A stretch of 49,127 nt of DNA, the filler included, from Streblomastix strix (lineage: Eukaryota): assembly GCA_008636045.1 (NCBI GenBank). It is 3 parts of 3 records of this genome, joined end to end, with 100 filler letters (N's around TTAATTAATTAA, not from the genome) between each part and the next. Parts side by side here need not be neighbours in the genome. Positions count along the whole stretch, not along the records: positions 32,824 to 49,127 come from SNRW01000840.1; 2 more parts are not named here. The stretch is one strand, 5' to 3'. How positions within the stretch are numbered: the stretch's first letter is position 1; each line of letters opens with the position of its first letter. A program made the position numbers and the translations under genes. Under the pieces are notes generated by a model, which worked only from the letters and a program-made list of their open reading frames with translations, ran no database searches and had not been told where the DNA came from. This document shows, one piece after another, positions 37,119 through 49,127 of this stretch.

Positions 37119-37980
37119 TACTTTTAAAGAACAAAAATACACATTTTGAATAAAATTACATTTTAGTCACGTATAAATTTATATAGAAGGATGAGTTACA
37201 CAAAATATAAATTTGAAATGAGAGTAATATTAAATCAAGATTAAACAGCATAAATAAATAAATATGTATACTTAACTGAAAGTTTAATATATTGAAGATA
37301 ATTCATGAGCTATACAATGGTTGCACGATTTAATTTTTTTGATTTTGTGCGCAAGGTTAGCGGAGTTTGGCGAGTTTTATTGTAAGAATATTTGAAGATA
37401 TTGAGAGTTCTATGTACATTTAACACATATATAAACCTCAATATGCTTCGACTTGCCCGTTTAAGACTGCCAATAAAATTCTGCGAATTTTCAACAGAAT
37501 TTTAATGCACATTTAAAATATTTTTTATTTAAATTAATGTTAATAATAAGAATTTAAATTCAATGAATAAAAGAAATTTGTTGAATATTCACAAAATCAT
37601 TTTATTTTGCTGTCGCTCTGCAAGCCGAAGCACGTTATAATTTCTATATATTTAATATTTGCAAAAAATGTACCGTATCTCCAAATATTCATGCAAACAT
37701 TTTTATAAAATACTACAAACCTTGTACACAAATTCATAAAAAAAACTTATTTGTACTGCCATAATACTACACATTAATTCAAAAAAACAATTTAATTTTA
37801 AATTTCCATAGATGTTATTTTATTTTTACAATTATTTACATTAAAATATATTCAGAGTTTTTAATTTTTTTTCAATTCAACATTTTTAATAAAATCACTT
37901 GCCAGTTTAACATTTAGACAATATTTTTACTTATTTCTGTTAATTTTTTGTTATTTTTAGTTTTGCTAATACATATAATA
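37119..37980. promoter_or_regulatory. Putative bidirectional promoter region between DYNC2H1 and IFT140
   Basis: 862-nt non-coding interval between two divergent ATGs. No specific element identified. Confidence 0.45.
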
Positions 37981-40900
37981 ATGAGTGAGCGTAAAACATT
38001 TCTGACAAAGTGGTCTGGCATTTCTTGTGGTTCTGTACACCGTCTTGCTCAGATTTTCGCAGTTGGACTTGTTCTTGAGAACAGAGTATCAATTTGCAAC
38101 GATGAAGTGTGATGGATGACCGCTTTTGGTTAATTACCTCTCAATTACTCTCTATTATTTCTAAATTATAGGGCCAATCAATCTTTGATTTTACAACTGA
38201 TTCTCCTCCCTCTATTTGTAGCTGGTATATCATTTGTTATTTAATAATACTTATTAATGTTATATTTATCTTCTTGTTCAGGGATCCTAATCACACTGTG
38301 TTGATTATTGGGTGTGAAAATGGAGCAATCAGACTATTCCATCACAAGAATATCAAGACGTATCATAAAGAAGACAACCATCATGGACGTATTACATGCA
38401 TATCTTGGGATTTATCTGGTTAGCGTGTACTTACAGGTGATTAGGTATATATTACTATATTATTATATATAATTACATATATTATTATATCTAAATACAT
38501 ATAGGTAGGAGAGATATTCCTGTGGTATATTGAAGATGCTGGAGGAAATAGAGAATTACATCCAATACTTAAATATGATCTACATAGTCCTGTTTCTGCT
38601 GCTGTATTTCGTTCCCCTGCGTTTGCTATATATTATATCTCTATATACTTATATATTATATCTCTATATACTTATATATTATATCTCTATATACTAATAT
38701 ATTCATATATACTTATATGTACTTATATATTATATCTCTATATTCATATATATTCATATATACTTATATATTCATATATATTATTGTGTAGACCTCCTTT
38801 GGATCCACATAAAGTACCTTCAACTCAATTTGCTGCACTTACTATTGAAGGAAGTGTATTCACTATTGATGAAGCTGCTGACTAATATGTACTTGTTGCT
38901 TAGTATGAAAGGAAATATATAATGTCAATATTAAGATATATATTATTTATTAATATACTTATTGTAAATAGGAATTTATAGGGTGGAGCATGCCAATTAT
39001 TATATTGCCCATTAACAGATTCATTAGTTGCTTTGATGGGGAATCTATCAATGCATATAATTGGCTTATCTATGATTGATAGAGAAGTCCAAACAGTTTA
39101 TATTCAATTGTTCTATTATTAATACAATTATATATTATCATTCATTTATTGTATCAAATAATAAAGACCAGAATAATGTCTACATCGCCCAATGCAGTGT
39201 TTGGAGATTCATGTTGGATATCAGCAGGACAAGGATTATTAGCCATATTAGCTGGAGAATAAAGGATAAGAATATTTGGATTGGATTAAGATAATGAAGA
39301 AAGTTATTCACTAGAACCTCCCTCTAATCTGAATATCCCATAAGATGATATATTTGTATCATTGGCATATGAATATCATACGAGATCATTAGCTGCTGTT
39401 ACATAAGGAGGAAGAGTATGTATATGGAGATATTACCCTGATGAAGGTGCTTCTCTTGCTGCTACTGGAGCTGGAATAGTATAGAGTATGATTATTATAT
39501 TATTGTTATATTATATTATATTATTGTTATATTATATTAGATGCATCTACAGAAGATGAAGATGGATAGAATTAACCAACAAGAGGTGAACAATGTTGGG
39601 AAATGTCCTTCTTTCATGAAACTGAATAAAAAGGAAAGACAATTCATTTTGGACCTGGACCCATGGGAAGAGTAATAACAGTTATGGCTGAGAGGAATAT
39701 AACAACAATTAAGAGGAATGAACCTAAAGCTGTATTAAGCAGTGATGGAACAGCTGCTGCTATATAGTTGAATAGCACTGAAATAGCATTGGAGAGAGAA
39801 GAATAAGAAAGTCAGATAATTAAATCTAATCTCAGAATATCAGGAATGTCAATAGATTCATAAAGATTAGTTGTATGGAGTGGGAAGAAGGTGGAAGTGT
39901 ATAGTATTGGTACTACACATTAATAGAAAGGAAGTAGCAATGATGAAGAAGAAGAATAAGATGATGAAGAGAATGCTCCTCATTTAGAAGCTAGTTTCAA
40001 TTTTGTATCATAATGTTTAGTAGTAAGAGGATCATCTCTATTTATATGTGCAGATAGTTTTGTGTATGTATGTAATATGGTTGGATCACCAAGATAGACT
40101 CTTCCTTTCTCTCCAGATGAAGGTGATCCTTGTTTATTAACAGTGTCCCCATAAGGGCATTTATCTGTTGGTACTAAACTTGGAGTAATCAAAGTATTGG
40201 ATGTTAGAGGATAGGAAGCTGTTTTAAAGGCTTCACCTTGGAGATTTAATAAAGGAGCTCCTGTTTCTATATCCATTAATTCAGATGGTACTGCAGTCGG
40301 CATTACTTGCTTAGTTCTTCCTGAAGAATTAAGAAATTAATTAAAAGAAAGTAATTAGAACATTAAAGGATAAAATTAGTAAGACAATGAAGATGATGAT
40401 GTAATCAATTTAGATATGTTATCTAGAGCATCTATACCTGATACAAGGATACATGTATACAGTGTAGAAAGAGGTACACTTCATTCATTTGATTTTGGAT
40501 AGCAGTAATTGTATCCTCTTTCAATATAATGGGATTCTTCTGATTCAAGATTCTTTGCTGTTTGTTTAAAGAGATTTATTAGAGATCCATCTGATGGGAA
40601 GTGGCATGATTCTAGAGATAGACATTTAGAGGTATAAACAATCAATATATAACAATATAATAATATATATATAATTCTTTTATTGTTATTATGATAATAG
40701 ATAGCAACATGCTTCTTCTCAAAAGATAAAGGAATTCTAATGTCAGATTCATTTCCAATGTAAGAAGATTATTAATCTCTTGTTGGATGCCATATTCCAT
40801 ATTTGTTCTTCAGCGTCAAATCAACTCCTTAGACAACACATTAGCCAAAAGTAGGATAGTAGATACTAAGAGAATATTAAGGATTAGATTCATCTGACCC

Positions 40901-43106
40901 ATAAACATTAGAAGCAATGAGGAACTTCACATATGCATTGACAATAGGCAATATGGATGAAGCCTACAGGAATGTTAAATATATTAAGAGTCAGAAGATG
41001 TGGGAGAATATGGCATAATTAGCTGTTAAAACAAGGAGAATGGATGTAATGGAGATCTGCTTGAGGAATATGGGTCATATGAGGGGGATGATCGCATTGA
41101 GAGAAGCTAGGAGGGAATAACAGCCTGAAGCTCAATTGGCTACAATTGCTGTTTAATTGGGATTATGCGATGAAGCAGAGAAATTGTTAAAAGAATCTAA
41201 GAGATGGGATTTATTAGTGAAATATTACATTAATTGTGGGAAATGGGGTTTGGCATTGAAGATATCAAAAGAAAGAGACCGAATCCATCTTCAATCTACA
41301 TATCATTAATATGCATAACATCTTGAGAGTTTAGGAGATCTTGCAGGAGCTATAAGATATTATGAAGAAGCAGGAACATCTGAAGTAGAAGTACCAAGGA
41401 TACTAATACACACAGGTAGAACACAATAATTCAAATAATATGCAGATAATAGTGAATCATAACCACTATAAATAATATGGGCACAATTATGTGAAGCCAA
41501 AGGATAAACAAAGGAGGCACTTGAATGCTACAAAGAATGCAAAGCTCTTCTTCCTGCAGTTAGATTACTATGTTCAGAAGGTAAATTAGAAGAAGCAAGA
41601 ATATTATTAGGGTCTTAGAATGATCCATTAGCATTGGAACATCTTGCAAGAGCATATGAATCAACAGGAGATGCAGAATAAGCAATTGCCTGCTATACAA
41701 GAGCAAGAAGATTTGGTCCAGCTATTCGCATAGCCATGAATAGTGAGAAAGAGAACAGTGTTATGATGCTAGCTCTTCATGCTGACCCAGTTGCTATGGT
41801 GGAGGCTGGCAGATACTTTGAATAGAAAGCACTATTTGAGAAAGCATTCACTTTATACAGAAAAGCTGGAGCACTTAACATGGCCATTGAAGTATGTTTT
41901 AAAGGAAACCTTAGAGAATCTTTGCATTAAATAGCTGACGACATATCAGCAGATGCAGATCCATCTTTATTGGCTTAATGTGCATCTTTCTTTGTTTCAA
42001 TTGGTAGATTTGATAAAGCATTTAATATGTTGATAGCAGCAGGTGAATATGATACTGCATTTGAACTATGTGAGTAGCATAATATTGTTATATCAGAATA
42101 GCTTGCAGAGAAAGTGATATAATCATTATAACCAAAAGAAACTAATAAGAAGACAAGTTTAATGGGATAACAAGGACCACAATAAGGATAAAGTATCAGA
42201 TTTGGAGTTACACCAGAAAGAAAGAATTAGATACTAACTTCATTAGCAAGAGTGCTTCATAATTAAGGATCTTTCTAAATAGCTGCAAAGATATTCTCAG
42301 ATGTTTCAGACTTTGTATCTGCAGTTAATTCACTCATTAGTAGTGGAGATATTGATAGAGTAATTGCATTTGCAAACCTCTGTCGAGATGCGAGAATATT
42401 CTTAATTGTAGCCAACTATCTACAAAGACTTGAGTGGAGAGCTAGACCTGAAATACTTAGACATATCATTACTATGTATTAAAAAGCCAAAGCAATGGAT
42501 GAATTAGTGTTATTCTATGAAGGATGCGCATAAGTTGAGATTGATGAGTATTTAGAATATGGGAAAGCATTAATGGCATTAAAAGAAGGACAGAGATATG
42601 CTCGTCTTTCAAAGACTGAAGGAGCTTCTGAGAGATTAGAAGCTCTTAGTAAACGTATTACTCTTGTAGAGTAATTCATTGCAGCTAAGAATATTGAAGT
42701 ATCAGATCCTGTTAATATGGTGCTTATTCTAAGAAAACTACTATCTGAGCCAGATATAGATGGATCAGTAAGAGCAGGAGATATATATGCTCAATTAATA
42801 CAACATTATCATTAGCTCAGAAGAATGGACGAAGCATGTGCAGCACTTAAATAGATGTCAGAAAGAGGAATTGCAGTAGGTCCTTATTTAGAAAGAGATG
42901 TAATAGAAGATATTTGTAATGCAAAAGGATTATCTCCATCTGACATTGGAATAGTTGAAGAGGTCGTTGATGAAGATGGATTAGAATAAGGAGATATTAG
43001 AGCATAGGGTCCACCAGGTGGAAATTAGAGCCAAGTAGCTAAATCAAGTAATAAAGGAAAAGTATAGGATGATGAAGAGAGATGGGAAGACGAAGATGAT
43101 GAATGA
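37981..43106 (+). CDS. IFT140: Intraflagellar transport protein 140 (IFT-A; WD40 + TPR), about eight introns
   Basis: N-terminal WD40s (HHGRITCISWDLSGQRVLTGD, LVVWSGKKVEVY), then NFTYALTIGNMDEAYRNVKYIKSQKMWENMAQLAVKTRRMDVMEICLRNM, RDRIHLQSTYHQYA, FYEGCAQVEIDEYLEYGKAL, VRAGDIYA. Stop TGA at 43104-43106. Confidence 0.95.
38627..38780 (+). repeat. Intronic minisatellite, 23-bp unit TATATATTATATCTCTATATACT (3 copies plus decayed copies)
   Basis: Direct repeats at 38627, 38650 and 38673 inside IFT140 intron 38621-38791. Confidence 0.85.
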
Positions 43107-43253
43107 CTTAGGAAGTTAATAGTATCTGTAGCCAATGCAATATAATTTATTAGCCTTACATAGTTTTTGACTTTTTAAAATATCATAATAAATATAAAAT
43201 CAACATATAAAATAATAAAAGTAAAAATTTTAAATAATGAATGATTTCTAATT

Positions 43254-44866
43254 TCAGAGTTTTGTTACAGATTCGCTTGCATTATTTCCCACACTTTCCG
43301 TATTTGTTTCTTATCTCAAAGGAAATGTTTGATTTGGCCTTCGAAGAACACTTGCTGATGAGGAAGAGTTTGAAGCAGAATATTCAGAACTGAATGAGAA
43401 ATTGTTTGTATTAGATTTGCTGTAGAAATTTGACGAATTTTGCGAAGCAGTCTTCGATTGAATCAATTTTTGAGATATGTGCTTTTATTAACTTTATTCT
43501 TATGATGCACTTTCCTATTGTGTATTTTTATAACTATGTGCTGCATTTAAATTGTTTGGAAGGATAATAATATTAAATTGTTAACTTGATTTTGATAAAT
43601 ATTAATTGAGATTTGTTCTAATACTTTTATTAATTGAGTTAATAGATGGAAGAAATTTACAATTGAGAGAATTATTATCTTTTTAATTTTATATACTTTT
43701 TCTTTCTGAATTTGTTGTTTATTCCTATTCTTCAATCAATACATTTTTATCTTATTATTAATTATATATGCTCCTATTCAATATTGCAGAATCTGATTGA
43801 TAACTATTTAAATTATTTATTATTGGTAATTTCTATTCATTTATTTATAAATTACTAATATTGCTATTAGAATTATATTTTTAATTAGAAGATAAATGAA
43901 ATGGAGATTAATGCGATTTAATTAAATATTGAAATGATTTTGTTGAGTTTGATTCACTATTGTTATTTTACAAATAAAAAGATTATGAAGATATAGATTT
44001 TAATTCTTAATTTGTTTTTTATTTATATAATATATTAGTATGAACTTTATTTTCTACTTATTCTTTTTCTTAAATTTATTGAATTTCAGGTTAATTAAGA
44101 GTATTATTAATTTATTGTTAATTACTAATGTTTTAATTGCAGATATCAGATGAAGATGAAATACTACGAGCTGTGGAAATATTTTCAGGGATTTATAATA
44201 TTTTCAAATTGTAAAAATTATTTTATTGTTTATCTTATTAGTTTATATTAATAAGTGAATGAGTTTAATGAGATAATTAAGGAGATTTGTTTAATTAAGA
44301 GAATATTGATTCTTATTAATAACATTATTAGATAAAATTATCATGTTTCTAATTTAAATTAGCGTTATTATCAGCAATGCAAAGATTAGAATTAGATGGT
44401 GATTATAACTAAAATAATTTATTCTCTGTATTTATATTTAATTTATCATCATTAAAATTTTAATTATTATCATAACTGTTACTATTAGTGTTATTATTAT
44501 TATAAGTGTTATTATTAGTGTTGTTATTATTATTATTATTATTACATTAAGGAGATAAGGATAAAGATTATTTTGGTGATTGAGTAACTGAATGGCTTCC
44601 TGGAGAATTTATTTCTATTATTCTTTTGGGTTTTGGAGAAAATAATTTAATTTATTCATTCTATAATAATTATTATTTAATATTGACTTTATTATTATTA
44701 TTATTAGTTATTTCAATATTTTTATTACTATTTGATTCATTCTAATGTATAAATTATTAAAATTAATTTTCACATGACTATGAGGATAATTATAAAATTG
44801 GTTATTATTTTAATTCAAACTATAATTAATTATCATCAGTGTTTTCTTCAGCATTTTCATCGTTAA

Positions 44867-44932
<66 letters not shown>

Positions 44933-47900
44933 TTATAATTTTAACAGGAAATTTAGAATGATTTGATTATAATGAAATTATTTAGCTATAAATTTCTAAT
45001 TTTAAATTTTATTCTTATTATTTTTCTTATTCTTGTTATAAATATTAATCAAAATATTTTTAATTTTCTTCTCCTTATTATTTTTCAAATTCATTTAAAT
45101 TATCAAAAGAGGTTTAATTTATATTTTATTTTTATTGGTTATTGAATTTTTGAAAATTATCAATTTCAAAATATTATTTCTTTACATCTCTTTTTATTAA
45201 ATCATCTTACTCTTCATTATTATTATAATCATAATTATTATCATTTTTAACTTTTTATTAAAATTATCTTATTCATTTTTATTCTGTTTCTTATTCATAT
45301 TGATTGCAATTCTTATTATTTTCATTATCAATATTTGAATTATTTTTATTTTTTTAGTCTATTGTATTTATATTAAGATTTGACTTTTCAATTTTTCTTC
45401 AATATTCATCTCCTATTGTTAGAATTTCATTTAACTGATATTATTTTTATTAATTTAAGTAGTTTAATCTAATTACATTTTAAATACTAAATTAATTTCT
45501 CTTCTCGTTTGTAAGAGTTGGAAGAGATGGAATAAATGGGCGTTACATTGTTTTTTTATTATAAATTGATTAGAGGTTATTTGATTGTTACTAAAAACTT
45601 GATTATTAAGAATTAGAATATAAATCAGTATTTGTTTTTGAAGATTAAATAATTGGTTGAGAATGAAATGTTGAAGTTTTATATTAATGATTAATAGCTG
45701 ATTAATTTCTAAATTATTAAGAGGATTGTTTTTTAGATAATAATTATGTAGAAGAAGATGATGATATATTAGTTGTTGAATGGTTAACTCTTTCATTAAA
45801 TTTTAGTTCGTCAAATAAAGGTTCTTTATCATTTATTAATGTTTCTTTAATTACATCTTCTTTCTTATCATTTTCATTTAATACATTACTTATTTTAAGA
45901 TTTTCATTTTCTTTTATTTAACTTGTTATTATTTTTTCATTCTTAGCATTAAACTAATATGTATTAAACAGTGTAGGAGGTAGTATGAACTATTCAAATT
46001 AAAGTGTATTTTATGTAGGATAAATTCTTTAATAACTTCCACAATGTTCATCCTCCCAATTTGAAAGAGCTTCTTCTATATGAGAAGGGAGAGTATATAA
46101 TTATTATGATTATTATTATTAAATTGGTTTAGATGTTTATTGAATTCGTGATGAAGATTACGATGTTAATATGCGAGATTATGATTAAGGTTTTTATTAA
46201 ATTGAAGAATTTGAATAAATGTTATTTAATTTAATATTTTATTTAAATGACATCATTCTTTTTAAATGTTTTTATTTCTCTTTTTTAATATATCTTAATC
46301 GCTATTATTCATTAATGTTCATAAGTTTTATAGCATCAGTAATTACACTTTTCTATAATATATTGTTTAATAATATTAAGATATTGATAATATAAAATAA
46401 AATATTATAAAATATTATAAAAATAACTAACTTTTACTCAAAAATCTGTCTTTGTATCCGTAAAAAATGAAGGGGTATGGTTTACTTCAAGAACATGAGG
46501 TCTAAATTAATTGTCAATAATGACATCAAATCCCAAAATTTCAAAACAAATTGAAGGCTGGATTTAGAGACAAATATGAAATATAAAACGTGTTATAATT
46601 AATATACGATAAATGATATAAATATCTTTAATATATTTTAATAATTAATTTTAAATATAGCCCAATAATTTTAATTTTGATAAATAGTCATAAATTGATT
46701 ATAATTCAACTATACCATTGGCAAGTAGTGTTCAGATCTATCTTTCACTCTCATATTTGGTTCATCTTCAATAATTTTAGTTGATTATAATTTATTTTTT
46801 TCTTGAGAATTTGATCTTGAATTGCTTTTTGTCTTTAATTCATTTTTATCATTTTATAATTGTTAATGAATTTTATCTACTTTTATTTTCAAGTTTTCAT
46901 TCACATCTTATTAATTCATATTTTCAGATTTATTCATCATATTTACTTACTATTTATCATCAACTTCAATAATATCTTCAATCTATTAATTTATTTTATT
47001 TTAAATTAAATTACTGGAATCATTTTATTATTTAATCTATTCCTCGAATTCATTGTTGTTGCACTCATTTGACTATATATATCTTTCATTATTTAATTTT
47101 TCTTCTAATTCCATTTTCATTTCATCAAAAGGTCTGCTTGAATAATATTAATGAGCTAAAACTTATTAAATGGGTAAAATAGTCTTTACACAACACAAAC
47201 TAATTTCATTCCATAATTAATTAATATCCACTCCTAATTTATCTTTCATATATTTCTTATATTTAGAATGACTCCATTTACTTGACCATTATTCATTATC
47301 AACTAATTAATCATTATATTATTTGCTTTCTTTATTCTATTAATTCATATTTTTATAATCTTCTTTTTGTACTTACTATTAGCCAACAACTAATTCATCA
47401 CGTTCTTATACTGTAATTTACTTAATTTCAACTTAACTTTCATCATCATCATCTTTTTCTTCTTCTTCTCCTTCTTCTTCTTCTCCTTCTTCTTCCTATT
47501 CATCTTCATCAATTGATCTAGCATTCTCATTTGCAGCAATAAATGAGATATTTTTTTTATTAATAGCGTAGTTAGTTAAATGCATAAATGAGTTTTTTAA
47601 ATTTTTTCAATTGAGTTTATATTTTTCAGTACAAAATCTAATTAATCCTTCATTGTGTAGAAATATTCTCATTGTTGGATGAACTGATGTAATAAGCACA
47701 TATAATCTTATGTCATATTTGTATCCATTAATGAGATGAGGTTTTTTAAGATAAGTTTATACAATGCAATCATCACTAATTGAAATTCGGTTAATATTTC
47801 TTGTTAAGAATATTCCTTTCCCTTAACAGCTAGCATCAGGTTTGACAATTAAAGTTGGTCTATTGTGCAATTAACAATATGTATGTAATTCATTATAACT

Positions 47901-48447
47901 ATATATTAAATAATAGTATAAAATAATAAAATAAAATAAAATAAAACAAAATAAAATAAAATAAAATAAAATAAAATAAAATAAAATAAAAAAATTATAT
48001 ATCTATTAATAAATAAACTTTTATGGTAAAATCCATGTGTTTGGGATGAATTTATAATCATTTTTAAATAATTTTTTCATTCTATTCATATTTTTAGCCA
48101 AGCAGTCCTTTCATGTTATCTCATTTGTACCTACAAAATGATTTATTCTCTCAAATTTCAAAAAAAAATATTCTTTCATTAAAATATTTAATAATTTTAG
48201 TATGGTAGATACTTGATATGGTTTCATTATCCTAAGTTTATCTGCAGAAATCGATTGATCGGACCAAAACAAAGACCATTCTCGTTCATCGTCTGTTTCT
48301 ATCCATCCTAGTTCTCTGATTACGTGACGCAAAACTGGATACTTACATTCTAATAGAAAAGCATTTATAAATTATAGAATCTAAATAATTTAGTTTCATA
48401 CATGATAGATTTACAGCAATTACACTTTAAATTTTTCGTTTTGACAT
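43254..48447 (-). CDS. TTLL6/TTLL13-like tubulin polyglutamylase with long N/Q-rich tail; five in-frame TGA codons
   Basis: [56 protein letters not shown]|..[60 protein letters not shown]..|[38 protein letters not shown] at 48447, four introns, final TGA at 43254-43256. Confidence 0.9.
44868..44930 (-). repeat. (TAA)21 coding microsatellite encoding poly-Gln in TTLL
   Basis: 21 consecutive in-frame TAA codons between ..FPVKIIN and LNDENAEE.. Confidence 0.9.
47925..47990 (+). repeat. (AAAAT)n microsatellite in a TTLL intron
   Basis: Pentanucleotide run between coding exons. Confidence 0.9.
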
Positions 48448-49127
48448 TTTTACTTAGAAAAAATAGTAATAGATAAAAAAATATAATCAATAAGTGAAAT
48501 TTTGTATAATATAGTTTCAAGCTTATATATTGATATATTAATTTATTTAAATGCATATAAAAATAATAAAATTTATATTTAAATTAATTAAATAATTTCT
48601 GTTTTTTCTAAAACATCTTGTAAATTTAAAACATTTAATAGTAGAAATAATTAATTGTATTTTTCAATTTAAAATGTATATTTAGATAATAAAAATAAAT
48701 ATATGCAATATTAAATCAATTAATTTAAATTAATACTATTTGGATAGAGAGAAAAAGATTTTGTTAGACAAATTTAAAAATATATAGAATAAATCGTACA
48801 ATTAAATTTAATTATTAACAATTATAATTGAATTAATTATTTGTAAAACCAAAACCTTACTGACTTTCAACAAATTTTTTACTAAATTTTAATTTTTTAT
48901 TTCAATTAAAAAATAATACACAAAATTTTTAGAGAAACTAGGCGAATTTAAAGCAAAAAAGATGAATGAGGAAACATTTTTATTATTTGAAGCTTTCAAT
49001 GGTAAAAATACAGAACAAATAACAGTTCTCAGATAAAAAATATCTGCATAAGAACCATATATTGTTTAAACATAAAAAGTAGTTTCAACCTAAGCCATAT
49101 ATTTTATTATCTTTAACATCGTTTATT

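Noticed and set aside
38107..38115. Apparent in-frame TGA early in IFT140 (GAA GTG TGA)
   Set aside because: It lies inside intron 38107-38171; splicing restores NDE|GQSIF.
43254..48447. Selenocysteine or Trp as the meaning of the TTLL TGAs
   Set aside because: The one anchored site is Arg, not Cys or Trp. TGG is used at the conserved Trp positions, and no SECIS-like structure was evident in the short 3' interval.
1..49127. tRNA, rRNA or CRISPR loci
   Set aside because: None recognised by eye; a covariance-model search would be needed to exclude small RNAs.

Overview
AT-rich eukaryotic (protist) nuclear DNA with short GT-AG introns. It uses a non-standard code in which TAA/TAG encode Gln (table 6), so the supplied ORF track is mostly fragments or antisense artefacts. 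The code, intron density, DIRS elements and ARM/SPRY/kinase families suggest an oxymonad such as Streblomastix (inference). The window is three unrelated ~16.3-kb contigs (1-16313, 16414-32723, 32824-49127) joined by artificial 100-nt N/TTAATTAATTAA linkers. Contig 1: a chimeric NEK-like kinase fragment, a decayed DIRS-type retrotransposon (gag-like, RT-RNase H-methyltransferase, tyrosine recombinase) abutting a second recombinase relic, an orphan pseudogene, and a tandem pseudokinase gene with a 27-bp repeat tail. Contig 2: a USP7-like MATH-USP gene, an intronless double PNPOx-like gene, ARM-like and SPRY-like genes, an orphan gene, a non-autonomous Helitron and a hAT transposase relic. Contig 3: dynein-2 heavy chain head-to-head with IFT140, then a TTLL6/13-like tubulin polyglutamylase. 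The most striking signal is in the TTLL gene: intact catalytic motifs and no detected frameshift, yet five in-frame TGA codons, one at a conserved Arg. TGA also sits at Arg-type positions in other host genes (kinase HRD, USP). This points to TGA sense decoding, U-to-C editing, or strong CpG hypermutation; the sequence alone cannot separate these. All translations were done by hand.
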